A stretch of 64,000 nt of DNA. It comes from the human T2T-CHM13v2.0 reference genome, Homo sapiens. Location of the stretch: assembly GCF_009914755.1 (NCBI RefSeq), contig NC_060936.1. One strand, 5' to 3'. This document shows, piece after piece, positions 46,105 to 60,191 of the stretch. Both the position numbers and the translations under genes were made by a program. The notes below the pieces were generated by a model. That model made no database searches, had not been told where the DNA came from, and saw nothing but the letters and a program-made list of their open reading frames with translations. Each line of letters begins with the position of its first letter. Position 1 is the first letter of the stretch.

Positions 46105-47433
46105 TACTTATAAGAGAACATCTGGTATTTGACTTATAAATGAGAACACATGGTATTTGACTTTCTGTTTATGAGTTGTCTCACTTAAGATAGCAGCCTC
46201 CAATTCCATCCATATTGCTGCAAAAGACATGAATTGATTCTTTTTATGGCTGAATAGTACTGCATTTGTATATTCAATACTATTGCATATTTTATTAATC
46301 TAATCATCTGTTGATGAACACTTAGGTTGATTTTATATCTTTACTATTTTTCACAGAATTAGAAAAAAATCATAAAATTAATATGGAACCAATAAAGAGC
46401 CTGAATAGCCAAAGCAATCCTAAGCAAAAAGAACAAGGTGGAGGCATCATATTACCCAACTTCAAATTACACTACAACACTATAGTAACCAAAACAGAAT
46501 GGTACTAGTACAAAAATAGATACATAGATCAAGGGAACGGAACAGAGAATCTGAAATAAAGCCACATATCTACAGCCAACTGACCTTTGACAAGGTCAAC
46601 AAAAACATACACTGGGGAAAGGATACCCTTTTCAATAAACTGTGCTGGGAAAATTAGATTGCCATATACAGAAGAATAAAACTGAACCCCTTTCTCTCAC
46701 CATATACAAAAGACAATGCAAGATGAATTAAACACTTAGATGTAAGACTTGGAACTAGGAAAATAGTAGAAGAAAACCTAGGGAGAACTTTTCTGGACAT
46801 TGGTATAGACAAAGAATTCATGACTAAGAACTCAAAAGCACAAGCGTCAAAACCAAAGATAGACAAATGGGACTTAATTAAACTAAAGGGTTCTGCACAG
46901 CAAAAGAAATAATCAATAGACTGAACAGACAACATGGAGAATGAAAGAAAATATTTGCAAACTATGCAACCAATAGGGGACTAATATTCAGAATTTATAA
47001 GGAAGTCAGACAACTCAACAACAACAAATACCAAATAACCCTGTTAAAAAGTGGGCAAAAAAACATGAGCAGACATTTTTTTGAAAGAAGTCACAAAAAA
47101 CATATGAAAAAATGCTCAACATCACTAATCATCAGAGAAATGCAAATTAAAACCACAATGAGATATCATCTTACACCAGTTAGAATGGCTATTATGAAAA
47201 ATACAAATAAAAAAAAGCAGATGTTGGCAAAGATGCAGAGAAAAGGAATGCTTACAGACTGTTGGCGGGAATGTAAATTAGTACAACCTCTGTGGAAAAC
47301 AGCGTGGATATTTTTCAAAGAATTTAAAATAGAACTACTATTTGATTCAGCAATCTCACTACTGGGTATCTACCCAAAGAAAAATAAGTAAGTTTATTTT
47401 TAAACAAATATCTGCATTTGTATGTTTATTGCA
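46105..47433. mobile_element. L1PB-like LINE with a 5' inversion (minus 46105-46348, plus 46348-47433)
   Basis: ORF2 C-terminal remnant on plus ([20 protein letters not shown]); the next L1 segment lies on minus. Confidence 0.88.
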
Positions 47434-47744
47434 GTATCCTTCCTATCCTTTATATTATCTTTGTCTAGTATTTAATTCTATACATATAGCAATTCCCACA
47501 AGGCATTTTTATAAATGCTTTGAAGAAATAATTTTAACTTAAATTTCCTCCCTCTAATACCCTTCATTCTTCTCTTCACCTCCATGTTTCCATCTTGGAT
47601 CATTTTTTTTGAAATCAATTTTTTTGAAAAAATATCTTTGTGAGTTTTTTATTTCTGTAAAGGTTTACTGGCATGAGTTCTGTCCTTTTTTTGTCTAAAA
47701 ACTATCTTTATTTCGTTTTCTTTTTTTAAAAAATATTTTTTCTA

Positions 47745-47863
47745 CCTGGGCACAGTGGTGCACACCTGTAATCCCAGCAATGTGGGAGGCTGAAGCAGGA
47801 GGATCACTTGAGCCTAGGAGTTCGAGAGCAGCCAGGCAACATGGTGAGATGCTATCCCAAAAA
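47745..47863 (+). mobile_element. FLAM_C / Alu left monomer
   Basis: Monomer with GGAGGATCACTTGAGCC. Confidence 0.85.
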
Positions 47864-47888
47864 CCTTTTTTTGTTGTTGTTGACTTAA

Positions 47889-48237
<349 letters not shown>

Positions 48238-48239
48238 CT

Positions 48240-48918
48240 ATTTCATTTATTTTATTTTGATTCAAGGGATGCATGTGCAGGTTTGTTACATGGATATGTT
48301 GTGTGATGCTGACATTTGGGCTTCTAAAGATCCTGCTGCCCAATTAGTGAACATAGTACCTGGTAGGTAGTTTTTCAACCCTTGCCCCCACTCCTGCCAT
48401 CTCACTTTTTGGAGTCCCAGTATTTATTGTTCCCGGCTTTGTGATCATGTATACCAAATGTTTAGCTCTCACTTATAAGTGAGAACATGCAGTATTTGGT
48501 TTCCTGTTTCTGCATTAATTCACTTAAGATAATGGCCTCCAGCTGCATCCATGTTGCTTCAAAGGACATGATTTTGCTCTTTTTTATTGTTGTGTAGTAT
48601 TCTATGGTGTATATGTGCCACATTTTCTTTATCCAACCCACCATTCACTTGCACCTGGGTACCATGTCTTTGCTATTGTGAATAGAGCTGTGATAAACAT
48701 ATGAGAGCAGGTGTCTTTTTGTTAGAATGATTTATTCTCCTTTGAGTGTATAACCAGTAATGAGATTGCTGAGTTCAACAGTAATTCTATTTTTAGTTCT
48801 TCAAGATATCTCCAAATTGCTTTCCACAGGAGCTGAAATAATTTGCATTTCCACCACCAGTGTATAAGCATTCCCTTTTCTTTGGAGCCTCATCAACATG
48901 TTACTTTCTGACTTTTAA
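48240..48918 (-). mobile_element. Old L1PA/L1PB 3' end
   Basis: CATGTGCAGGTTTGTTACATGG 3' UTR; translation WIKKMWHIYTIEYY. Confidence 0.88.
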
Positions 48919-49024
48919 AACATTTCCATATCTACATACATTTACTGAAATCCATGATTTCACACTATCTCCAATATCAATTCAACACCACAGTATTCAT
49001 TCTAATTTTCTCCTTTTCCTCTCT

Positions 49025-49139
49025 TATTTTTTTAACTTTTATTTCAGGTTCAGGGATAAATGTGCAATTTTGTTTTGTATATATATAATATTTCTATTGT
49101 TAAGTCAGCTCTCTTCTCTATTTCTCTCTCTCTCTCTCA

Positions 49140-49172
<33 letters not shown>

Positions 49173-49605
49173 AGAAATTGCATGTCACAGGTGTTTGGAG
49201 TACAGATTATTTGTCACCCAGGTAATAAGCATAGTACCCAATATGCAGTTTTTTTATCTTCACCCTCCTCCCACCCTCCACCCTCAAGTAGGCCCCAGTG
49301 TATGATGTTGCCTTCTTTGTGTCCATGTGTACTCACTGTTTAGCTCCCACTTATAAATGAGAACATGTGGTATTTGGTTTTCTGTTTCTGTGATAGTTCA
49401 CTTAGGATAATGGCCTCCATCTCCATTCATGTTCTCACAAAAAACATGATTTCATTCTTATTTGTGGCTTCATAGTATTCCATGGTGTTTATGTATCACA
49501 TTTTCTTTGTCCATTCTACCACTGATGGACACTTAGGTTGATTCCATGTCTTTATTATTGTGCATAGTGCTGCAACAAACATACACATTGCTGTTTCTTG
49601 ATGGT
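49025..49605 (-). mobile_element. Old L1PA 3' end with a (CT)n(AT)n insert
   Basis: CACCCAGGTAATAAGCATAGTACCC and CTCCCACTTATAAATGAGAACATG. Confidence 0.9.
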
Positions 49606-50849
49606 TTATGGCTTGCATCCTCACGAGTGGTGGTCTGAGCTGTATCTGAAGCCCTTTGAGCCAAGGCTAGAGTTGGAGTGGCTGGGATGTGAGGAGCAGT
49701 GTCCTGAGGATAAGCAGGGCAACAGTGCCTTGGCCCCTGAAACCACTCTTTCCTCCTGGGCTTCTGTACCCATGATGGGGAGGGCTGTCCTGAAGACTTC
49801 TGAAATGGCTTTGAGGGCTTTTTCCTCATTGTTTTGGATATTAGCATTTGGCTCCCTTTTGATCATACTAATCTCTCCAGAAAGTGTTTGTTCCACACAT
49901 GCTTGGATTCTTTTTCTACCACAGAGCCTGACTGCAAATTTTCTGAACTTTTATGCTCTGCTTCCCTTTTAAATGTTACAACTTTAGGTCATTTCTTTAC
50001 TCCTGTACCTGATTATAGGTTGTAAGAAGCAGCCACCCTACTTCTTGAATGCTTTGCTGCTTAGATATTTCTTCCACCAAATACCTTAAATCATCACTCT
50101 TAAGTTCAAATTTCCACAGATCCCTAGGATGTAGACACAATTCAACCAAGTTCTTTGCTGAGGCATGACATGGGTAACCTTTGTTCCACTTCCCAATAAC
50201 TTCCTCAATTCCATCTGAGACCACATCAGCCTGGACTTCACTGTTCATATCTCTGTCAGCATTTTGGTCACAACCATTTAACCTGTCTATAAGAAGTTCC
50301 AAACATTCCCTCATCTTCCTATCTTCTTCTGAGCCTTCCAAACTCCTCCAACCTCTGCCCATTACCTAGTTCCAAAGCCACTTCCACATCATCAGGTATC
50401 TTTATAGCAATGCTCCATTCCTTGGTACCAATTTTCTATATTAGTCTGTTCTTGTGTTGCTATCAAGGAATACCTGAGACTGGGTAATTTATAAAGAAAA
50501 GTGGTTTATTTTGGCTCACAATTCTGCAGGTGAGACTGCATGGTGCTGGCATCTGTTCCTGGTGAGGGCCTCTGAAAGCTCACAGTCATGGTGGAAGGTG
50601 AAGAGAGAGCCTGCATGTCACATGACGAGAGCAAGAGAGCAAGGGATAAGTGGCACACTCTTTTAAAACAACTAGATCTTGCATGAACTAGCTGAGCAAG
50701 AACTCATTCATCACCAAGGGGATGGCGTTAAGCCATTCATGAGGGATCCACCACCATAATGCAATCACTTCCCACCAGGCCCCACTTCAAATATTGGGAA
50801 TCACATTTCAACATAAGATTTAGAGGGGACAAACATCCAAACCATATCA
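49606..50849 (-). mobile_element. Truncated MST element (internal 49606-50436, LTR 50437-50849)
   Basis: Homologous to ~5325-6586; MaLR ORF remnant LEGSEEDRKMRECLEL; the second LTR is absent. Confidence 0.92.
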
Positions 50850-51150
50850 GGGGCAGAAGCAATATTTTTGAATTTTCCCAAACTGACCAAAGATATCAAA
50901 ACACATATTTTAAAGCCCTATGAGTCTAGGATAAATAGAAAGAAAACCACACCTACATGTACAATAATCTAATTGTTAAGAATCAGAAAGTTTTAAAAGC
51001 AGTTCAAAGAAAGACACATTACCTTTAAAGAAATGAAAATAATCCAAAGAGCTGACTTAACAATAGAAATAATGGAATCTGGAAGACAAAGATAACATTT
51101 TCAAAGTGTTGGTATCAAGTAAAAGCCAAACAAGTTTTATACCTAAAAAA
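50850..51150 (+). mobile_element. L1ME ORF1-region fragment
   Basis: AAAACCACACCTA...GCTGACTT..CAATAGAAATAATGGAA..GGAAGACA. Confidence 0.65.
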
Positions 51151-51159
51151 AAGTTCTTG

Positions 51160-52465
51160 AAAGAACAAAGCTAGAGGCATGATATTAACTCACTTCAAAC
51201 TATACTGCAAGTCTACAGTAACCAAAATAGCATTGTACTGGTACAAAAACAGACACATAAACCAACAGAACAGAATAGAGAGTCCAGAAATAAAGCTGCA
51301 CACCTGCAATTATCTGATCTTTGACAAAGTTGAAAAAAATAAGCAATGGGGAAAGGACTCCCTATACAATAAGTGGGGCTAGGATAACTAGCAGTCCATA
51401 TGCAGAAGAATAAAACTGGACCACTTCCTTACACCATATACAAAAATCAACTCAGGATGGATTAAAGACTTAAATGCAAAAGCTAAAACAATAAAAATCC
51501 TAAAAGATAACCTAGGAAATAGGTCCTGGCCAAGATTTCATAATGAAGATGCCAAAAGCAGTTGCAACTGTATTAGTCCGTTTTCACACTGCTGATAAAG
51601 ACATAACCAAGACTGGGCAAAATTTACAAAAGAGAGAGGTTTAATAAACTTACAGTTCCTCGTGGCTGGGGAGGCCTCACAATCATGGTAGAAGGTGAAA
51701 GGCACATCTCACATGGCAGCAGACAAAAGAGAGCTTGTGCCGGGAAACTCCTCCTTATAAAACCATCAGATCTTCTGAGATTTATTCACTATCATAAGAA
51801 CAGCATGGGAAAGACCTGCCCCCATGATTCAATTACCTCCCACCAGGTCCCTCCCACAACACATGGGAGTTCAAGATGAGATTTGGGTGGGGACACAGCC
51901 AAACCATATCAGCAACAACAAAAAAAATTGACAAATGGGGACCTAATTAAACTAAAGAGATTCTGCACAGCAAAAGAAACTATTGACAGAGTAAATAGAC
52001 AACCTACAGAATGGGAGGAAATGTTTGCTAACTATGCATCCAACAAAGGTCTAATATTCAGTCTATAAAGAACTTAAACAAATTAACAAGCAACAAACAA
52101 CCCCATTAAAAAGTGGGCAAAGAACATAAACAGACACTTTTCAAAAGAAGACATACACACAGCCAACAATCACATGAAAAAATGCTCAGCATCACTAATC
52201 ATCAGAGAAATGCAAATCAAATCATAATGGGATACCATCTCACACCAGTCAGAATGGCTATTACTGAAAAGTCAAAAAACAACAGATACTGGAGAGGTTG
52301 CAGAGAAAGGGGAATGCTTATACACTGTTGGTGTGAATGTAAATTAGTTCAGCCAGTATGGAAAGTGGTTTGGAGATTTCTCAAAGAACCTAAAACAGAA
52401 CTACCATTCAACCCAGCAATCCCATTACTGGGTATATATCCAAAGGAATATAAATTGTTCTACCA
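51160..52465 (+). mobile_element. Old L1PA ORF2 C-terminal portion interrupted by THE1B
   Basis: Translations [19 protein letters not shown] and HCWCECKLVQPVWK. Confidence 0.9.
51569..51911 (-). mobile_element. THE1B-like solo LTR
   Basis: TGTATTAGTCC...AAACCATATCA; perfect TSD GCAAC. Confidence 0.94.
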
Positions 52466-52882
52466 CCTTAACTGTAATTTTTGTCTTTCCAGGAGGTGAG
52501 ATTTCTGAAAGCCTTTATCTTCTAAGATTGTTAACCATTGCTTTCTGCTTAGCTAATGCTGCTTATGCAAAACAAATGCCTCAAAGGAAAAAGTAGGGTA
52601 GACTATTGGACTCATTTCAATGATATTGATTTCTCTCTGGGATTTTGATCTGCAAGTTTTGGCCTTCTGGATACTTCTGCAGTTTCAAAAAGAAATTTTT
52701 AAAATTTAGTCCTGCTTTGCTTGTTTTCTTTGTGAGATGGTTGGTCTTCAACAACTTTTATATTATTTTTAAATGTTTGAATAATCAAAATAAATAAATT
52801 TCTTTAAATGTTGTTTTAAAGTACAAATGTGTGTTACTTATTTTTTAGAAACAGTTTTCTTTTAAAAAATAGTTTTTGAATA

Positions 52883-53000
52883 AGTGAATCATGGTGGTTT
52901 GTGCCTATAGTCCCAGCTATTTGTGTCATTGAGGTGGGATAATTGCTTGAGCCCAGGAGTTTGAGGCCAGCATGGGCAGTATAGTGACATACCATCTCTT
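52883..53000 (+). mobile_element. FLAM_A-like Alu monomer
   Basis: Monomer flanked by a perfect TTAAAAAATAGTTTTTGAATA repeat. Confidence 0.85.
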
Positions 53001-53773
53001 AAAAAATAGTTTTTGAATAGAACTATTAGATATGTCTACCAATGTAATAAGCCAATTTATCAGAAAAACGTATACATTTTCATGATTTCCAGTGCCCCCT
53101 TTCCCTTTCAAAACTATCCTCAGTTGGAAATACAGCATTGTATAACAAAAATAATTGTAAATCTTAAAAACAGATGCCTGATTTGAATCACTTTAGTAGA
53201 GAGTCACAGCCTTTTATGCAAGTTCACTGACCGATAGTCCCTTGAGGAAGGTCCTTGCAGTAACGTCACAAGTACATGCTATAAATATGCTTCTTAGCTT
53301 ATCGTATAAGAACCAAGTGGAGTTTCCTGGAGCTCTTCTTCCATAACAAATAAGAAACATGAAGCAATATTGTGTCCATTTAACTCCCCTGTGTGACTGT
53401 GAAGTATCATGAGCTTAATCATGTGCCATCTCTAATTGCAGTGACTATTCCTGGTCCCTGGTATGTGGCTATTATTCTGGTTATCAGCACCTTCCTCATT
53501 AGTCTATAGATTCATTCTATGCTATACAAATTAATTTTTGCATCTCAATTAAACTGTAACTCATATTTTACGGCGATCAACCTAGGAAAAATTAGAATCA
53601 CTCCTGACTGCTCTAGCTAGCATATTAAATCCAAAATCTCTGAGTGCACTCATATCATTAAATTCAGCCAAGATAAATTATATTCCTCTTGCTTCAGTCT
53701 ACTCTAGTACAATTGGAATTAATTTTCTCATATTTTCACCAATTTAGTTTTGTTATTTTTATTTATCCATATA

Positions 53774-54232
53774 TATGGTAGGTTAAAGGAATGGCTACAA
53801 TTTCTTTGCACCATCTCTATTAGGAGGTGGAGCGTATTATCCCACTTTTTGAAAATGAGCAGGCTTCTGAGTAGCTTTAATGAATAGGATATGGAGAAAG
53901 TGATACTATAAAAGTATCTAGGCTTCAAGAAGTGTGGCAGCTTCTGCTCTCACTGGGAAACATTCCATTACCATGCGAACATACCCATGCTAGCCTTTTG
54001 GAAAAAGAGAGTGTTTGAATCCATTGCCATCCCAGCCATGCCAGCTAAGGACCCAGAATGTAAGCATATCCAGCCACGAATAGCTGATCCTGGCCCAGAC
54101 CAGAAAGATGACCCAGCTCTTCTCAGCCCAAATTGATAAGATGAACTCATGAGCTAGATAAAATTTTTATTTATTTTATTCAAGCCAATAAGTTTTGGGG
54201 TGGTATGTTATATAGCAATAGATAAATTAGCA
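53774..54232 (+). mobile_element. MLT1 (H-like) solo LTR
   Basis: TGGTAGG...AATGGCTACAA start; AAGCCAATAAGTTTTGGGGTGGTATGTTATATAGCAATAGATAA end. Confidence 0.78.
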
Positions 54233-54629
54233 AAATTTTATAATTTTTTTTTTAGCATGTAAGTGTTCTCTTGGATTTGACTTTGTGATTGGTTTCCTGG
54301 GGCATTCTGGAGACAAATCATGTATTGCTGTAGTTAAAAGTCTAAAGGCAATGAGAGGTGGTGCAGGTGGAACATGAGGAAAATAGGTCTTTTTTCAAGA
54401 AAGGAAAGGAAAATTTCAGGAAGGGAATGACGACGTGATTATTCTGCAGTTAAAGGGTGTTCAGCAGTGTTTGGGAAAACCCATCCCTCTCAAATGTCAC
54501 CATTCTAATTCTCATGGTTTCTCTCTTTCTTAGTCAATGCTCTGCTTTCACATAAGAGATGTTGTAAGACTGAATTCTCCAACTCACATGATGAAACTCT
54601 GTGTTTGAGTTTTAGCAGCATCATTATTA

Positions 54630-55076
54630 TTTTATTTTTTGTTTTTTATAATTTCAACTTTATTAGTATTTTAGATCCAGGGGCACATGTGCAGATTTGT
54701 TACATAGATATATCACATGATGCTGAGATTTGGGATACGATTGATCCCATCACCCAGGTAGTCAGCATAGTACCCAATAGTTTTCAACCCTTTCACACCT
54801 CTTCCCCACCCAACTAGTAGTTCCCAGTATCTATTGTTGCTATCTTTATATCCATGAATACCCAATTTTTAGCTCCCACTTGCCACCCATGTGGTATTTG
54901 ATTTTCTGTTCCTCTGTTAATTAACCTAGCATAATGGCCTCCAGTGCATCCACGTTGCTGTCAAGGACATGCTTTTGTTCTTTTTTATAGCTGTATAGTA
55001 TTCCATGGTGTATATGTACCACATTTTCTTTATGCGACCCACTGTTGATGAGTACCTAGGTTGAGTCCATATCTTT
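54630..55076 (-). mobile_element. L1PA/L1PB 3' end
   Basis: GGGGCACATGTGCAGATTTGTTACAT...CACCCAGGTAG. Confidence 0.85.
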
Positions 55077-55449
55077 TAGATACCTTATTCTTGAGATGAG
55101 ATAAGAAATTCTTTTAGGGTAACCTAAGACATTCCCTAGTTCTCTGACCATGTTTTGATCCAAAAATTGACAATGCTGAGCCTTGAATTCTCTTTAAGCT
55201 CTGAAGTGCAGTTAGGAGCATCCAACCCTTGGTAAAGTTCTCATATTTCTTGTGCTTCTCATACTGTGCTGTAGAAGTAACCTCTAGCTTCCAAAATCAT
55301 TTCCTCAACAGGCACTATTTCTGTATGGCTGTAGGTGATAGTTTCAGGAATTAATTTGCTGCTGCATATTGTGAATGATAAGTATTTCATTCTTCAATGG
55401 CAACTGAGTCTTCACTATCCTCCAACCCAACCAGATCAGATAACCAGTC

Positions 55450-56003
55450 CTAGTCAGTCAAGGTACTATGGTCAGAGTAGCACATAACAGAATCTCTTCA
55501 AGACAGTTTCAGCAGAAAGAGATTTAGCACAAGGGATAGGTACTTATAAAATTTTGAAGGCGGAGGAAGCAGACTATAGGCTTAGCTTCCAGGAATGACT
55601 CCCACAATGATACTGCAGAAATTGCCCACTAAGTGAGCTTTTGTCTCTTTAACAATCAGGAAATTGGGGGAACAAGGAGCTGCCATCATGTTTGCTTGTC
55701 CCCCCAAATCTTTGCCAGGATGTGGACTAAGAATATGGACACCCTGCTCCTTGCCTCTCAACAGCCATAAAGCTAGGTGTGGTCCTGAGTGACTGGCTTC
55801 TCCTACAGCTGATACATCAATACCTCCAAGGCACTGTTTTACAGAAGTAACAGAAGCATAGCTTTGACCCCACTTGATATCCTTGAATCTCCCAAATCTC
55901 ATGCAGGTATATCAGTTTGGTCCAAGCTACGGAACTAGCTGTACTATAAAAGAATTAGCAAAATATAGTCTTTCACTCTTCACCCTCTATTTCCTGACTA
56001 CAC
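55450..56003 (-). mobile_element. Old ERVL/MaLR-class solo LTR (unclassified)
   Basis: CATAACAGAA...AGTTTCAGCAGAAAGAGATTTA start resembles the reverse complement of old LTR33/MLT1 ends. Confidence 0.35.
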
Positions 56004-56548
56004 AAAGTATATCTGTGGCGCAGTGGCATTGACATCATCTATAAGGGAATAGATATCAGCAAGCTATTCTGCAGAATGTAACACAAAGGTTAAAATGCAT
56101 GTAATATGCCTAGTACAGTGCCAGTAAGATAGCTTACTCTCAATTCATGTTCATTGTAATTATTTTTGTTGTTATTGCCTGGCATTGCTCATTGGTGGGA
56201 AAAAAAAAAAAAGCAGACACCAAGTTAAGGGGAGCCTGGAGTTTCTTCAGGCCAGAATAGCAACACACCTTTCCTTTTTTTTTTTTCTTCTAATTTTGCT
56301 ACCAGTGCCTTGCTTATAAAAGACTCCCAAAATACCAATGTTGGAAGGGGGTTAGGTTTTGATGAGTAGCTTTTCGTACTGTCCCCTCCTGGTTATTAAC
56401 TCTCTTCATCAATTATATCCCTCATTGGAAAAAAAAAATCTCCTCTCTCTATTTATGTCTCTCAGCTCTCTGGTCTCTCTCCCATCTTTATTCTCCTTCT
56501 CTTTGTCCCTTTTTCATGTCTTAAGAATAGGATTTTTAAAAGATTTGA

Positions 56549-56884
<336 letters not shown>

Positions 56885-58879
56885 CTAGAGTAAAGCCCTT
56901 TGAATTCAATATAATGATCTAATATTTGTAAAGCACTTAAAATACAGCCAGGCACATAGTAAGCCATGTTCAGATATTTGCTTTTATTTATTTACTTTTT
57001 TAAAAATGGACGTAATTTAGGCATACTCTGGGGCCCATCTTGCTTTATAGTAATTTTCTTTTAGAACTTCAGGAATTAAACCACTTTGGGTGGTATCCAA
57101 GATAGACCTATTTTATACTAAATCTTGCTTTTCAGTGAAAAATATGAGAGGCTGATTTCAGAGTTACCAAGACTGAGATACTAAACCTCATTAATGCTGC
57201 AGCTAATATCTTACGGGGGAATAATTTGATGCTGAACATTAAGTCTAATATTATATAACTAAACCTCAGCATTATAAATAAATGTAACTCCATTGTTTTA
57301 GAAGCTAAATTTTTTATTTTTTGTAACACCTGGTTTCACACTTACCTGTACTTCTGCTTAACAAGATTGGATAGTGGTTTTCCAGAAAAAAAACAAGGAA
57401 TAATTGAAAGAAAAGTGCACACATATTCATCATGTATGTATTTGTATTGGGGACAATTTTAATCATCACCTAAGTGTGGGTTTTTAAAAAGACCTTGAAG
57501 ACAGCAAGAGTGCAGAGGCACACTGGCAGAGAACAGGCACTTGCTAGTCTGAGACGATATGCCAGAGGCGGTGTTCGAGGAACATTCTGGAAAGCCCAAG
57601 ACTGGAATGCCTTGTTGATTGTGCTTTCATTTAAGACTGGCAGTGGGCAGGGGCAGGGGTAATGGGTGGAAAACCCTGAGTGTGACTCACCTGTGGTCTT
57701 CACAACTATTAGCTGCTTTCTTTTACTGAACTTCAAGCACACTTGGGCTTAATAAGGCTGTTTTGTGGTCTTTTTGTCTGCTCATGCTTCCTAATGTTTT
57801 CTTCAGCTGTGACTGGCCCATGTGGACAATGTGTGCAGGGCTCTGAGATGGCCATTTTATCTCTTTGGTCCCTTCAAAGGAGGGTTTTACAACCTCTGCC
57901 TCTCAGCTTTTGAATGTGAGGAAGTGATCATTTTAAACAAAGGTGGAAATAGACCTCAAACTTGGCACCTTCCATGTTATATTTAACCACTTCAGGAGTA
58001 AACAGGATGGAAAATAGGTAAGAATGACCATTAGCAGAAACTTGATTTAAAAACCAACAAATCCTGATGTTTGCAAACCATACGATACACAGAAGTGCGT
58101 ACATTGTAAAGTAAGTCTTGCAGGGATGGTGATGAAAACGTACAAATGATTTGTGGCTATGCAAGGATTCAGCTGTTTTCTCAGACCTGGCAGGGCTCCA
58201 TCCAGTGCAGTCAGCATGACTGGCAGATGGCTGCCTAACAGGATGACCATTTAGCCCCATTTTCTGAGACAGTCCTGATTTGTGCATATTTCCTCTGCAT
58301 GCATGCAGTTAATAGCCCCATTCACTCTCAAACATGTCCAGATTTGGATAAGACATCTTATGGCCAACTTATTTATAAACAAATAAGAGTCAGGAAAGTG
58401 TCACACTAGGATGTGGAACACCTGCTCTTACCCAATAGAGTTCCAGTAGTTCTGAGTTCTGAGAAATTTTTGTGATTTCTGCTGATTGAATTGGGGACTT
58501 AATTGAATCTTAGTGACAATGGTGGAGGGAGTAGGGGAGGAAGAGTCTCTTCTCACTAATCTGTAGCATCCTGAGCACTGTACCCTCCCTGCAGCTTTCC
58601 CCTAAACTATACAAGATCAGACCATTGGCACCATTTTACTCCTTTCCTATCTCCGAGCTTCCTCTGCTTTGTCTTCTAGATCCTGTTGCTGCTGCTGCTC
58701 CTCTTCCTCCTTGAAAACATTGTTCCAAATTATTTTAAAATTATATTTTCTATTTTAGGAATCTTTGCTCAACCATTAGAATACATGTCACAGCTGCACC
58801 ATGAGGAGTTATTTGTCTTAATTATATACTTTACTAATTACTTGTTCTCTATTTTTTGTATCCCATGTCCCGCTCTTTC

Positions 58880-59750
58880 TTGGATTACACTTTTATTTGA
58901 GTAATATTTTCAGAAGGATATGTGGGTGGCAAAACTTCTAAATTGCTTGCATGTTGGAAATGCTCTTCGTTTTGCCTTCAGACTTGAATGATAATTCAGC
59001 TTGTAGAGTTTCCAAATCCCTTTCCTTCAGAATATCTTGGCTGTTTCTTCAGGGTTTTCTAGCATCTCCTCTTGCTGAGCAGCAGTCTGGTGCCAGATTT
59101 ATTCTAAGTCCTTTGTAACTTTCCTCCTACCCCTCCCCCTCTTTGAAAGGCTGTATCATCTTATTTTTAACCTTGGAATTCATAAAAATCACTAAAATGT
59201 GTTTCTTCATATTTGCGTGAAGCACATGGCAGGCCCTTTTGATCTGAACACATACTTTTTCTTTAGCAAATGAAAAGTTCTTCCATTATTTCTTTGATTT
59301 TATTTTTCCATCCACACTCATTTTACTAGGTAAATACTGGATCTCTGGATATAGCTTCATTTTTCTTAACTTTTCTCTCACAGCTTTCATTTTTCCTTTT
59401 TTTTTTTTTTTTTGACCGTGTTCTTGGAATAGTCCTTAAGAGTAAGCTTCCTGGTGGCTAAGTATGCCTTTAGCCCTCTCCATTCTTCAATTCAGTCCTT
59501 GTACTGAGATTTCATCATAGCAAACAGATTTTAACTTCCAAGAATTATTTAGTGTTCTCAGGCTTAAATTTCATACTATTTCTTTCTCATTTAATGGATG
59601 CAATTTTCTTGAATTCTCAGAAAACATTTCTGTAATTAATTGTTAGGATTTATTTAATTTTTTCATTAACTGTGCTTTCCTTGTGGTTAATTTCCCTATT
59701 TATGTCATCTATTGGCTTGCTTTCTTTTTTTTCTCAAATGTCACAGCCAG
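58880..59750 (-). mobile_element. L1ME ORF1/5' region fragment
   Basis: CTTGAATGATAATT..GCT and TTCTAGCATC...GCTGAG..GTCTG.TGCCAG motifs; very diverged. Confidence 0.55.
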
Positions 59751-59922
59751 GTTCTCTTGTTAGTGAGTGGGTCTGTGTCACTGGTGGGTTTCCTCTGAAG
59801 GCCAGAGAAGCTCATTTTCTTAGTTAGGGGCTCCCTGTCTATAGTGAAGCCAGAAGTGACTTGGAGCTTTACCTTACTTCTCTCTTCAGCCCCAGGGCTC
59901 ATGCTGGGCATTCCTAGAACTA

Positions 59923-60191
<269 letters not shown>

